DNA of 63,774 nt, filler included, from Lama guanicoe (lineage: Eukaryota), in assembly GCA_013239625.1 (NCBI GenBank). It is 158 parts of 158 records of this genome, joined end to end, with 100 filler letters (N's around TTAATTAATTAA, not from the genome) between each part and the next. Parts side by side here need not be neighbours in the genome. Positions count along the whole stretch, not along the records: positions 12,504 to 12,807 come from PNXV01054723.1; positions 12,908 to 13,211 come from PNXV01054724.1; positions 13,312 to 13,615 come from PNXV01054725.1; positions 13,716 to 14,019 come from PNXV01054726.1; positions 14,120 to 14,423 come from PNXV01054727.1; positions 14,524 to 14,827 come from PNXV01054728.1; positions 14,928 to 15,231 come from PNXV01054729.1; positions 15,332 to 15,635 come from PNXV01054730.1; 150 more parts are not named here. One strand, written 5' to 3'. Shown piece after piece: positions 12,504 through 24,927 of this stretch. A program made the position numbers and the translations under genes. The notes below the pieces were generated by a model. It did not search any database, was not told the origin of the DNA, and saw only the letters and a list, made by a program, of their open reading frames with translations. Within the stretch, counting starts at the first letter, position 1, and every line of letters starts with the position of its first letter.

Positions 12504-12807
12504 CACTATGGATACAGAATGGAGTTTTCTCAACAAATTCAAAACAGTACTATCATACAACACTGCTACCCACTTCTGGTATGTATCCAAAGAAAAGGAA
12601 AGCACTTAACTTTTTTTTAAAAAATTGAATTACAGTCAGTTAACGTTGGGTCAATTGCTGGTGTACTGCTCAATGTCATGATCATGCATATAAGGAAAAT
12701 CCTTACTTGAAAAGATATATGCACCCATATGCTCACTGCAGCATTATTTACAACACCTAAGATGTAGAAACTACCCAAGTGTTCAATGACAGATGAGTGG
12801 ATAAAGA
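12504..12807 (+). mobile_element. LINE-1 ORF2 3' fragment interrupted by a nested insertion
   Basis: CCCACTTCTGGTATGTATCCAAAG...GAAAAGATATATGCACCCATATGCTCACTGCAGCATTATTTACAA...GACAGATGAGTGGATAAAGA. Confidence 0.92.
12611..12691 (-). mobile_element. Short 5'-truncated L1 3' tail nested in an older L1, with diverged TSD
   Basis: PolyT followed by AATTGAATTACAGTCAG...GGTGTAC (antisense L1 3' terminus). Flanked by AAGGAAAGCACTTAAC and AAGGAAAATCCTTACT. Confidence 0.7.
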
Positions 12808-12907
12808 NNNNNNNNNNNNNNNNNNNNNNNNNNNNNNNNNNNNNNNNNNNNTTAATTAATTAANNNNNNNNNNNNNNNNNNNNNNNNNNNNNNNNNNNNN
12901 NNNNNNN

Positions 12908-13211
12908 TTTCCAGTTCATTTTATGAGGATAGTATTACTTTGATACCAAAACCAAATAAAGACAGTACCAAAGCAAACAAACAAACAGAAGCAACTAGAC
13001 ACCGATACCTCCCATACACTTGGTCACAAAGATTCTTCAACAAAATATCAGCAAGTCAATTTCAGTAGTGTATAAAAAGAATTATATATCATGACTAGGA
13101 TTTATTCCAAGTTCCAGCATTTGAAAATCAGTCTGTGTAATCCATCTCATCAGTAGGCTAAGGAAGAAAAATGTATCATTTATCAATTTATGCAGAAAGA
13201 GCTTCTGACAG
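12908..13211 (+). mobile_element. LINE-1 ORF2 RT N-terminal fragment (degenerate)
   Basis: TCATTTTATGAGG..ATTACTTTGATACCAAAACCA corresponds to SFYExSITLIPKP. Confidence 0.9.
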
Positions 13212-14134
13212 NNNNNNNNNNNNNNNNNNNNNNNNNNNNNNNNNNNNNNNNNNNNTTAATTAATTAANNNNNNNNNNNNNNNNNNNNNNNNNNNNNNNNN
13301 NNNNNNNNNNNTGGGCAGCAGGGTTCAAGGGGCCTGGGACCAGTTTTCAGAACTTCCTTTCAATGCTCCTACCGAGCGGCCTGGGCCACACTCCACGTGG
13401 TACCCGATACCTTTCGTCCACACTGTCGATTCCATGGAATCCTCTATGTTAACATCTAGTTCTATGAATTTACATATATGTGAGTGCAAATATCTTAACA
13501 AAATGGTATGTTGTGAATCCAGTTTTGCACACTTTCATCCACTTAATATATCTCGGGCCTCTTTTAGTGTCAGTCCCAGTAGACTGACCTCATTAACAGA
13601 GATTGGTACAGTCCANNNNNNNNNNNNNNNNNNNNNNNNNNNNNNNNNNNNNNNNNNNNTTAATTAATTAANNNNNNNNNNNNNNNNNNNNNNNNNNNNN
13701 NNNNNNNNNNNNNNNAATATTCCTCTGATTCCACCCCTACTCGTTCTGTGGAAATTCTAGTCTTCAAATCCCCCCTAACTAGTTTTTCATCCTTGGGAAC
13801 TAATCCTCCCAGCTACCGTGTACCAGCTCCAGTTTCCCCCTGCTTCATAGCATCTCCCTTGCGAAATGTCTCCCATTGCTGATGCTGCCACAGAAGTCTC
13901 AGAAACAGCCCTGTTCCTCCCTCTTTCATTCTTCTTCCATCAGCCAATGCAGGCCGGTTAGCTTGCTTCTCCATCAACAAACCCACTGTGTTAGAATCAG
14001 GGACACGGGCTAAAAAGCANNNNNNNNNNNNNNNNNNNNNNNNNNNNNNNNNNNNNNNNNNNNTTAATTAATTAANNNNNNNNNNNNNNNNNNNNNNNNN
14101 NNNNNNNNNNNNNNNNNNNGCCTGTCTATCAATA

Positions 14135-14285
14135 CAACATATTCAGTTATCTATACACACATATTTATTTTTTCTCTTTAGATTCTTTTCCATTATATGA
14201 TTATAAGAAATTGAATATAGTTCCTTGTGCTACACATTAGGTCCTCGCTGTTTATTTTCATATAGTAATGTGTGTCTGTTAATAA
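14135..14285 (-). mobile_element. Cetartiodactyl-type L1 3' UTR fragment
   Basis: AGATTCTTTTCCATTATATGATTATAAGAAATTGAATATAGTTCCTTGTGCTA. Confidence 0.8.
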
Positions 14286-16947
14286 TACATTTCTTAAGTT
14301 CATAAAATACATCTTTAATTTTTGAATTAATAAGGTTAAACACAATTTTTCAAATTATTAAATTTAAAGCTCACCCTTCTTCCCAAGTGTGACCTTGACT
14401 AGAGTCAAACATCACATTTTACGNNNNNNNNNNNNNNNNNNNNNNNNNNNNNNNNNNNNNNNNNNNNTTAATTAATTAANNNNNNNNNNNNNNNNNNNNN
14501 NNNNNNNNNNNNNNNNNNNNNNNTCAAGGCCACATTTTCCCTGCTACATGATGCTGCTCGAGCAACAGTTACCATCTTGCCACTCAAGAAAGACAGCCAT
14601 CATGTCCACACATTTCCTTCACCAGAAAACGCTCTTCCTATGGGGCGTGAGACTCTCATTTCCCACCTCCCATATTCTTTCATGTATTCTATCTTATTCT
14701 TGGGAATTTTTTAAAAAACACATGCCCAAAAAAACCCCTCTGAAATAAAAACCTACCTCTCTACTTCAGCCTATTTATTTAGCATATGTTATATACTGAA
14801 TATGTACACGCAGATTGAACAACCATGNNNNNNNNNNNNNNNNNNNNNNNNNNNNNNNNNNNNNNNNNNNNTTAATTAATTAANNNNNNNNNNNNNNNNN
14901 NNNNNNNNNNNNNNNNNNNNNNNNNNNAACACCTTACCTATCGCAAGTCTGAGGAAGAGGAAAGTCTCAACACAGGTGGGAAAAAGCCCCTTCCAGCACC
15001 CCTGGCTGAGCGCTGCGTCCGGGACGGCGTGGCTGCGGCGACGCACGGGGCTTCTGCTCACGCACACCCAGGGTCCTTGGGGGGGGTCGGCGCAGGACGG
15101 CTGGGACATGTGGGGTGGGTCCAGCTTGGAGAACGGGGGGCCCAGCTTCCGAGCTCATTCCAACGCCAGCTGGCCAGGTGTCCGCGGGTACATCGCCTTC
15201 CGTCTCTGAAATTCGTTAGACAGCTGTTAGTNNNNNNNNNNNNNNNNNNNNNNNNNNNNNNNNNNNNNNNNNNNNTTAATTAATTAANNNNNNNNNNNNN
15301 NNNNNNNNNNNNNNNNNNNNNNNNNNNNNNNAAAAAAAATTTGTCAATTCTTCAAAGAAAGGAGCTGGCTTTTTCACATTTAATGACAGCCTATCAAATT
15401 CAAATTCAAAGTGCATATTCTCCTTCTGTCCTCTCATTTTCTGGCCCTTACAACTTCCAGGAGCCACTCAGCTTTCTGTTTTGGAAGAGTTTCCTTTTCC
15501 TCTCCCCTGTCCCATCTCTGACCTCTTTGCCCTATGCTGCTTCTGTCTGGTCCCCGCCTTCTCTGGGATGAGTTGCTCACAGGGTGTCTAATCTCTGGGC
15601 CCAGCTCCCTGGAAAGGGGAGTTCATCCTCCACTCNNNNNNNNNNNNNNNNNNNNNNNNNNNNNNNNNNNNNNNNNNNNTTAATTAATTAANNNNNNNNN
15701 NNNNNNNNNNNNNNNNNNNNNNNNNNNNNNNNNNNTAAAGAAAACTGCCGGTGACTTCCAGGACTGATGTATTTGTCTGTCCTGTTCCAGGCCATGTCCT
15801 GACCTGCTGGGACTGAGGGAGCGAGCCTGTGCCCGGGAGCGGGTGACTCCCGCCCCCTCCTGTCTCCAAGTGCCTCTCCTTCATTAATCTGTCATTTTTC
15901 CATTTGGCCCTCTTCTCTGGTAAAGGAAAGGAGAAAAGCATTAGAAATAACATTCTAGTGTTTTAGAAGTTACAGGTAGATAACATTAAGCATCATGCCT
16001 TTTCTTGTGTTTTGTTAAAATGTTCCACGTGCTGCAGAANNNNNNNNNNNNNNNNNNNNNNNNNNNNNNNNNNNNNNNNNNNNTTAATTAATTAANNNNN
16101 NNNNNNNNNNNNNNNNNNNNNNNNNNNNNNNNNNNNNNNGTTCATTACATTTTTCATAATACTTTTTTTCACACTATTTCTTGTCTTATAATAAACTTTT
16201 TTAATTGCTTGACAAGGTTCATCTATTTTCAATTAGAAAAATAATACTTTCCTTTTCCAAAACCAACATTGATTTGTGTCCATCACACAGTGTTTGCTTT
16301 CCAACTATTTTAGGTTTTCTATATTAAATTCCTCCCCCATTTCCAATGTTTGAAATTTTATTTTCAATTCCTTGTTGAATGTATGCTTTATATAATTTCA
16401 AATTTGCTAAACAAACAAAAAAAGATGATCTTCACTGAAAAAANNNNNNNNNNNNNNNNNNNNNNNNNNNNNNNNNNNNNNNNNNNNTTAATTAATTAAN
16501 NNNNNNNNNNNNNNNNNNNNNNNNNNNNNNNNNNNNNNNNNNNGTGCATCTGTCTCACATTTGCACTGTGGGCTCCAGGGCTTAACCTTGGCTTCCTTCC
16601 ATCCCACCTTTGGGCAGTTCCTTTCTCCGCAGGCCACTCGCATTGATCTGTCCCTCTCTCCTCAAAGCTTAGCTGTCCTCCAAAGAGCTCGTCTGTGTTA
16701 CTAGGTGGCCCAGGCCTGCGGCCCCTGAGAAGAGGGCTCCCTGTGAGGCGCTGACAGAGGGGCGGGGGCCCAGGCGCTGCTCCTCACCTGCCCCAGCAGT
16801 GAGCTGCTGTCAGCACGAAGTCCTCACGCACCAGAAAACCGCCACAGNNNNNNNNNNNNNNNNNNNNNNNNNNNNNNNNNNNNNNNNNNNNTTAATTAAT
16901 TAANNNNNNNNNNNNNNNNNNNNNNNNNNNNNNNNNNNNNNNNNNNN

Positions 16948-17251
16948 TTCTAATTCTTTTAGGTAGTAGGTTAGGTTGTTTATTTGAGATTATTCTCATT
17001 TTTTGAGGAAGACCTGTATCACTACGAACCTCCCTCTTAAGACTGGTTTTTTTGCATCTGATAGATAATGTGTCATTGTGTTCTCATTGTTATTTGTCTC
17101 AAGATATTTTTCAATTTCTTCTTTGATTTCATCTTTGATCCATTGGCTTTTTAGTAGCATGTTGTTTAGTCTCCATGCTGTTGGTTTTCTCACCTTTGTT
17201 TCTCTGTGGTTGATTTCTAGTTTCATGCCATTGTGTTCAGAAAAGATGCTT
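16948..17251 (-). mobile_element. LINE-1 ORF2 fragment (end of endonuclease domain)
   Basis: ORF 16996-17226 reads MKLEINH...WRLNNMLLKSQWIKDEIKEEIEKYLETNNNEN...VLRGRF. Confidence 0.96.
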
Positions 17252-18967
17252 NNNNNNNNNNNNNNNNNNNNNNNNNNNNNNNNNNNNNNNNNNNNTTAAT
17301 TAATTAANNNNNNNNNNNNNNNNNNNNNNNNNNNNNNNNNNNNNNNNNNNNAGACTGCTGTGTGTTTCGCTTAAAATATTTACTTCTCTAATTTCATATT
17401 TTCCTTAGTAGTACACCTGAGACTGATTTCAGGAAAAAGACTATTTTCATTCAACCCAAGTCACTAGAGACGTTCTTGTTAGTGTTAGGGGTACTTACAT
17501 GCTTATTTGGAATAAGACACAGAAGAATGAACAGCGTGAGCTGCTTCTGTTATAGGGGACAGGACTTGGCTGCACTCATTTTCCCAACGTGTACCATGCT
17601 GTGTTGTCCTCCCTTTTACTGTGGTTCTGTGATCTTAGCAGGGAACTGCTACAGANNNNNNNNNNNNNNNNNNNNNNNNNNNNNNNNNNNNNNNNNNNNT
17701 TAATTAATTAANNNNNNNNNNNNNNNNNNNNNNNNNNNNNNNNNNNNNNNNNNNNTTGCTGCCCTTCTCTCCACTGTCTCTCTTGTCTTCCTTCTCCAAA
17801 AACTCAATGGAAACTCGATTCCTGGAGATTCACTTCCTTGATGTCCTTACCATCAATCACGTCTCCTTATATCAGGCCCCTCACTCCACGTTCACACCAC
17901 CAATAACCAAATCATCTCAAAAATATCAACTATATGGTCATGCAATTAGTTGATCCCCCACCAAGGAGCTTAAAAAACTGACCAAATCAGCTTTTCACTG
18001 TATCACCCTGTCATATCCTTGTTTCCTTCTCTAAACAACCTGCATTCCATTCTATGCGCNNNNNNNNNNNNNNNNNNNNNNNNNNNNNNNNNNNNNNNNN
18101 NNNTTAATTAATTAANNNNNNNNNNNNNNNNNNNNNNNNNNNNNNNNNNNNNNNNNNNNCGCTTTCTGGAGGAGGAAATTCATCAGAAAATAAAACTTGT
18201 GGAAGTAGTGAATGAATTGAAACCACATCTCCAAATTTTCCTTCCCTGAGTCTAATAAAAGGAGCAAAAACAAAGTGAAAAAAAAAAACACACACACACA
18301 CAATTTTTTTTTACCAACAATAACCAAAGAAGAAAAGACTTGAGCTAGAACCTCAACACCCAAAGCCTGATGGCCAAGGAGAGAAACAGAAGACCTTAGA
18401 CAGAGCAGAGATCCTGGGAGGACTGTTTTCTCTCCAGTTGTTGGAGGCCACGGTGATGAGCTGNNNNNNNNNNNNNNNNNNNNNNNNNNNNNNNNNNNNN
18501 NNNNNNNTTAATTAATTAANNNNNNNNNNNNNNNNNNNNNNNNNNNNNNNNNNNNNNNNNNNNAAAAAAAAAAGAGGAAAAAGAAAAAAATCAGTGCAGG
18601 ACCAGTCCTGCAAGGAGGGAGCAGCATAGGAATAAAGGCACCCTCACGCTGGGACATCCCCTCTCCAGCCCGGAGGTCAGCAGGAGCGGAAGCAGAGCTT
18701 CCAAGGCTCCGAGGAGAAAGTGGCAACAGCGTGGCAGACAGAACTCAGGGAAAGTGACACGGAGCGTCCCTGTGATCCCCGCCCCAGACGCAGCTGATGG
18801 AGATGGGTGAGGAGCCCGGGGAGAGGGCCGGGCCCCCTGCACAGAGGCAGCCTCAGGGGACTGGAGGNNNNNNNNNNNNNNNNNNNNNNNNNNNNNNNNN
18901 NNNNNNNNNNNTTAATTAATTAANNNNNNNNNNNNNNNNNNNNNNNNNNNNNNNNNNNNNNNNNNNN

Positions 18968-19271
18968 TTCTTTGTTGGCATTCTCATTTTGTTCATGCAT
19001 TGTTTTCCTGACTTCATTTAGTTATCTGTGTTCTCTTGTAGCACACTGGACTTCTTTAAGATATTTTGAATTCTCTGTCAGGTAATTCATAGAACTCATT
19101 TCTTTACAGTTAATTTCTGGATATTTCATTGTTTCCTTTGATTTGGGCCACTTCGGTCATGTTTCCCTGTTTATTCCTGTGCTTTTTGTTTTGATTTATG
19201 CATTTGCAAAAACAATCACCTCTCTCAGTCTTTATGGACTGGCTTTCTACAGAAAATAGTATCATCAATCA
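18968..19271 (-). mobile_element. Old LINE-1 5'/ORF1 fragment
   Basis: T-rich antisense L1 pattern TTTTGAATTCTCTGTCAGGTAATTCATAGA...TCCCTGTTTATTC. Confidence 0.65.
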
Positions 19272-19371
19272 NNNNNNNNNNNNNNNNNNNNNNNNNNNNN
19301 NNNNNNNNNNNNNNNTTAATTAATTAANNNNNNNNNNNNNNNNNNNNNNNNNNNNNNNNNNNNNNNNNNNN

Positions 19372-19675
19372 TTTCAGTTGTTAATAGTGTTGTTTAAAGC
19401 ACAAAATCTTTAATTTTGATGAAGTCCAATTTATGCATTTTTTTCTTATGATATTTTTGATTATGGTGACAACTTGTAAGAAACTGTTTTAATCCAAGGA
19501 GACAAAGACAATGTATTTTTCTGAAAGTTTTATATTTTTAGCACTTAAATTTTCAACCTTGTTTTAAATTTAAATTTAAATTTAAACCTAAATCCAGTTT
19601 GAGTTAACTTTTGTATATGTTGTGAGGTAGGTGTCCATTTTCATAATTTTGTACATGGTTATAGAGTTGCCTCAG
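19372..19675 (-). mobile_element. Old LINE-1 ORF2 fragment
   Basis: TTTAATTTTGATGAAGTCCAATTTAT...TTTGAGTTAACTTTTGTATATGTTGTGAGGTAGG. Confidence 0.85.
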
Positions 19676-20179
19676 NNNNNNNNNNNNNNNNNNNNNNNNN
19701 NNNNNNNNNNNNNNNNNNNTTAATTAATTAANNNNNNNNNNNNNNNNNNNNNNNNNNNNNNNNNNNNNNNNNNNNACCACAATTAAAACACTTTTTACAT
19801 GTACCTACTGACATTGGGCCATGCTATGAAGGCTGTTACGAGAAAAAGATACCCTGCCTCGCTATGCATTGTAAGAATTCCTCCAAGTTTTTATTTGTAT
19901 TTATCTTTTGAAATTTGCAAGGAACATGGTCAACACAGACCAAAGAAATTTTATATTTTTGCTGATGCTAACGCAATCAAGCATACACATAGTTTTAAAA
20001 GTCTTAATCTCAATGTCACTAATTTTTAAAAATTATTTTTTATTTATTCAGTTATGTATGCTAAACCCTTATGTGTTCANNNNNNNNNNNNNNNNNNNNN
20101 NNNNNNNNNNNNNNNNNNNNNNNTTAATTAATTAANNNNNNNNNNNNNNNNNNNNNNNNNNNNNNNNNNNNNNNNNNNN

Positions 20180-20238
20180 CATTTTACAGATGAGGAAACT
20201 GAGGGTCAGAGAGAGCAAATGACTTGCCCGAGGTCACT
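20180..20238 (-). mobile_element. MIR SINE core
   Basis: CATTTTACAGATGAGGAAACTGAGG...GACTTGCCCGAGGTCAC. Confidence 0.9.
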
Positions 20239-21140
20239 TGGACCCTTAAGTGCTCTCTTCACATCCATTACTGTACCCTTCCTCTTAAAAGCCATTCCCC
20301 AGACTCCAGCCAGAATGATATATGTATACACATAAATCAGACTGCGTTGGTCTCTTGTTTGAAGCTTTCAGTTGCTTAGAGCCGCACTTAGAACAAAACA
20401 AATTCCCTACCTGACGGCCCCACCTGCTCAGCCTCCGGGCCGCTACTCCTCCCGGGAATTTCTCTCCAGCTGCATCGTTCCCTNNNNNNNNNNNNNNNNN
20501 NNNNNNNNNNNNNNNNNNNNNNNNNNNTTAATTAATTAANNNNNNNNNNNNNNNNNNNNNNNNNNNNNNNNNNNNNNNNNNNNAAGCAGTAATTAACCTG
20601 AGAATTAAGTCAGTAATGATAGTAAATACATCTTTGTGAAGCTGGGTAAAATTTTCAGTTTTGAGCTGTTTTGAAATATGTGATTTTTCCCTGTTATTTG
20701 TAAATTTTCCACATTCTCCACAAAACCCAACTAAAAAAAGGCCACAATTAGCAAATCATCTACTCTTCAAACTTTTAAGAACTTACGTTCTTGAACACGG
20801 AGTTGTTTGTTCAGAAACTGTGTAGTATTTTAAAAATCAGAATAATTATTTTAAAATAGACATTTAGGCTTGAAATTGAAGATTCCANNNNNNNNNNNNN
20901 NNNNNNNNNNNNNNNNNNNNNNNNNNNNNNNTTAATTAATTAANNNNNNNNNNNNNNNNNNNNNNNNNNNNNNNNNNNNNNNNNNNNGCTGAATGCATCA
21001 AGACTTCACCTGCTGCCCATCACAGCGGGGTCAGGCCGCTGGATTATCGCAGTAACCTCTTAGCTCATCTTCCTACCTTGGATTGTCACATCCCACCTCA
21101 GTCTATTATTAAAAAAAAAAAAGCAGACCGAGCAATGCTT

Positions 21141-21285
21141 TTATTAGTTAACTATTGAAGTGTAGTTGATTTACAATGTAGCATTAGTTTCAGGTGTACA
21201 GCCTAGTGATTCAGTTATACATATATATGCATAATTTTCAGATTCTTTTTCATTATAGGCTATTACAAGATACTGAATATAGCTA
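21141..21285 (-). mobile_element. Cetartiodactyl-type L1 3' terminus
   Basis: ATTGAAGTGTAGTTGATTTACAATG...GTTTCAGGTGTACAGCCTAGTGATTCAGTTATACATAT. Confidence 0.88.
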
Positions 21286-23035
21286 CTGTCANNNNNNNNN
21301 NNNNNNNNNNNNNNNNNNNNNNNNNNNNNNNNNNNTTAATTAATTAANNNNNNNNNNNNNNNNNNNNNNNNNNNNNNNNNNNNNNNNNNNNAATTACAGA
21401 AAAATGAACCACCAGCTTGGTCTAGGGCCTGAGCAACCAAGTGCTACAGATTAAAGTTTTTTGAAAGCTTTTTCTTCTCAAGCTTCCTGAGACCACACTG
21501 AGACTCCTGTAATGAAAGGACTAGTAAGGACAATGGACTTGAGGGCCACTTTCAGTACATTTTCAAGCAAATGTTCCTGGGTATGGTTTCCTCCACGACG
21601 AACTGAGGGTCTCACCTGCCCTTCTCAGCTCTCAGGGAAGCTGTGAGGATCATGGCAGTGAATATGGGATAATTCACACAGGGAAATGGAAAGGANNNNN
21701 NNNNNNNNNNNNNNNNNNNNNNNNNNNNNNNNNNNNNNNTTAATTAATTAANNNNNNNNNNNNNNNNNNNNNNNNNNNNNNNNNNNNNNNNNNNNCGCTT
21801 TAACAAGCTTTAAATGCATCTTAATAAAATAAATTTCACTCTAACAAGTGAAAATTCCAACATATATGGTATAATTTTGCGTTACTAGTGGTAGTCATTT
21901 TGAATTACTAATAATGCACATGTGGGTTTTTTTTCAGTTGGTCCATCAGGTTTGGTCTAGAATTCAATTTTTAGAAACTAAAAAACATATCTTATTTTAA
22001 TTAGTAATAAAGCAAATATATGTGATAATTAATTCAGACACTAATAAGTGTCACTTTACCTAATAATTAACAATTAACAATGATAATTAGAACCAGTATN
22101 NNNNNNNNNNNNNNNNNNNNNNNNNNNNNNNNNNNNNNNNNNNTTAATTAATTAANNNNNNNNNNNNNNNNNNNNNNNNNNNNNNNNNNNNNNNNNNNNG
22201 CTCAGCAAACCAGAGGTACTAGTACAGCTGGAGCAGAGGAGGGCAGAGAGGAAGGGCTAATACAGGCATGAGACCGCTCAAGACAAGAGTCTGACCATGG
22301 GGGGCCTGGCGCACATGTCACAGGGTTGGGATTTCCTCTTGCAGACAAGAGGGATGTGCTTTGTGAGACTCGTGCTGGAGCGAAATGATCAGGCATGTGT
22401 TTTAAAACCTTCTGGCAGCAGACTGAAGAAAGGCTCTCTCGTGGGTGCCACAGGAAGGGTGCAAAGTGGGGAAGGAAGGATGCAACTGAGGCAGGAAGAT
22501 GAGNNNNNNNNNNNNNNNNNNNNNNNNNNNNNNNNNNNNNNNNNNNNTTAATTAATTAANNNNNNNNNNNNNNNNNNNNNNNNNNNNNNNNNNNNNNNNN
22601 NNNAACAAACCATGCTTGCCTTTAAGGTATTTAGCTGAGAAAATGAAACCAATGTATTGCATTGCTTTTTAGAAGAGTTTTGGGACTTCATGGCAAGGCC
22701 TTTGTTCACACTAAATAGGAAAAGTGCTAAGACAATGCAGACACTTCACATTCTATGCAGTTCTTTACTGAATGCTTCTGGGAGACATGAATTTTGAAGA
22801 AGAAAAGAAAGCCCTTGAAAACAGTGGGGCTGATTCACACCCATTAGGGTGCCTATTATTAAAAAAAGGCAAAGCAAGACAGGACTTTATACTTAGTTAA
22901 AAAAAAANNNNNNNNNNNNNNNNNNNNNNNNNNNNNNNNNNNNNNNNNNNNTTAATTAATTAANNNNNNNNNNNNNNNNNNNNNNNNNNNNNNNNNNNNN
23001 NNNNNNNAAATATAATTTAAGAAAGAGAAGACCTG

Positions 23036-23106
23036 CTACTGTGTGACGCTGAGGGAGTCAGTTAACCTCTCTGTGTGTGAATTTCCTCATCCATAGAATG
23101 GGGATA
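23036..23106 (+). mobile_element. MIR SINE core
   Basis: CTGTGTGAC...TTAACCTCTCTGTG...TTTCCTCATCCATAGAATGGGGATA. Confidence 0.75.
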
Positions 23107-23828
23107 TGAGACCTGCTGGGCCCGCTTCTTAGGATTAAGAGGGAGAACAGGGACATGTAAGCAGAAGGGACATGACAGCCCTTCAGGTATGTGGAGACAG
23201 CCCTCGTGCTTTCCTCGGGAAATTACTTTGCTTAAAGCTGGGCTTTTGGAGGGCTTAGGAAATGTGAAGGGATTTGGGATTTGTGTGCGGGTGGTACCTG
23301 CAGCACCGTTCNNNNNNNNNNNNNNNNNNNNNNNNNNNNNNNNNNNNNNNNNNNNTTAATTAATTAANNNNNNNNNNNNNNNNNNNNNNNNNNNNNNNNN
23401 NNNNNNNNNNNTGTCTGTGCCCAGACTCGGGGACGACAGGGGTCCCGGGGGCTCTGCATCCAGTGCCCATGCTGCCCGAACCCCAGGCTCACCTACTTGC
23501 CTAGCAGCTCAGACTCAGGAATAAACGAGATTCATGCCCCCTGACCCTCTCAGCCTTTGTACCCCTAGACCACATTCTCCTGTGACCTCGACTCCCAGTG
23601 AGGCCACTCACAGCATCCTGGGCCGCTCCCCTGCAGCCTGCTGGACGTGCAGGGCATGGTTCCCTAGAATAAGAAGCTGCCTTCACCAGATCCCTGGCGG
23701 TTCTCCCGCACGTGGNNNNNNNNNNNNNNNNNNNNNNNNNNNNNNNNNNNNNNNNNNNNTTAATTAATTAANNNNNNNNNNNNNNNNNNNNNNNNNNNNN
23801 NNNNNNNNNNNNNNNCATGGCAGCCCCA

Positions 23829-23847
23829 CAGCGCCCTCTGCTGGTCA
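23829..23847 (-). promoter_or_regulatory. Candidate CTCF binding site
   Basis: Minus strand TGACCAGCAGAGGGCGCTG matches the CTCF core CCASYAGRKGGCRS at every position. Confidence 0.7.
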
Positions 23848-23957
23848 TGGGGCACAACTTCATCAAGGACCAGAGAGGAGCGCCCAGCTGGTTGGGCAGC
23901 TCACCTCATCTCCATTCAGCTGTCCATGTTCTGCTTCCCAGATTCTATGGTTCTTTT

Positions 23958-23980
23958 ATGCTGAGTCACGTCCTATAAAA
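23958..23980. promoter_or_regulatory. Candidate ARE/MARE (CNC-sMaf / AP-1) site with adjacent TATAAAA
   Basis: ATGCTGAGTCAC at 23958-23969 (reverse complement GTGACTCAGCAT); TATAAAA at 23974-23980. Confidence 0.45.
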
Positions 23981-24689
23981 TGCTTTCATTTTCAAATGGA
24001 GTCCTGGTCCATGGAAGCTGCCACGCTGTGCATATGGAACCATTAAAGGTTACAATCCCCTCCCAGAGTACAGTCAAGAAAAGCTAACTGACCCACGTGT
24101 GCACCAGCGACAAGGGGACNNNNNNNNNNNNNNNNNNNNNNNNNNNNNNNNNNNNNNNNNNNNTTAATTAATTAANNNNNNNNNNNNNNNNNNNNNNNNN
24201 NNNNNNNNNNNNNNNNNNNCTTGTCACTGGCCACCTGGGAATGGCCTGGAAGTGTTGGATGTTGAAAGCGAAGGCCTAGGAGGAGAGGTTACTGGAAAAT
24301 TCCAAATCTTTGGGTTTGATGAGACCTGAGTTACAGCCGTTTGGCAGGAGATGTAAAATCTGAAACCACGGAGGTGGAGTGAAGTGCCCAGGGTAGTGAG
24401 AGCCTGCGTTTACTGAGCAGATACTTGGTGCCAGAGCCCAGACTTGGTGCTTTACCGCTGTCAGTAACTTCATCGGCACAGCACTGCCCTGAGAACAGTG
24501 TTAATCCTCCTGCAGGAGAGAAGNNNNNNNNNNNNNNNNNNNNNNNNNNNNNNNNNNNNNNNNNNNNTTAATTAATTAANNNNNNNNNNNNNNNNNNNNN
24601 NNNNNNNNNNNNNNNNNNNNNNNTGTGAGTACATCCTACCAGTGCTGCAAAGCCAACAGACCAAATTCAAAGTTCAATATGAACTTGAT

Positions 24690-24927
24690 CACTTAGAACA
24701 AATTTATTTCTTGTGTTTCTACATGCAAAAAGTCTGAAATCAATTTCACTGTCTACAATCAAGGTCTTGGCAGGCATGGCTCCTTCTAGAGGCTCTGAAG
24801 GAGATTCCAGTTCCTTGTCTTTTCCAGCTACTGGAGGCCACCTGGATTCCTCGGCTCATGAGCCTTTCTTGAATCTCTCCAACCTCTTGCTTCCACCACC
24901 ACTGCTCCTTCCTCTTCTGCAGTCACA
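24690..24927. mobile_element. MaLR MLT1-type LTR fragment
   Basis: AAGTCTGAAATC...ATCAAGGTCTTGGCAGG...CTCCTTCTAGAGGCTCT...TTTCCAGCTACTGGAGGC. Confidence 0.8.
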
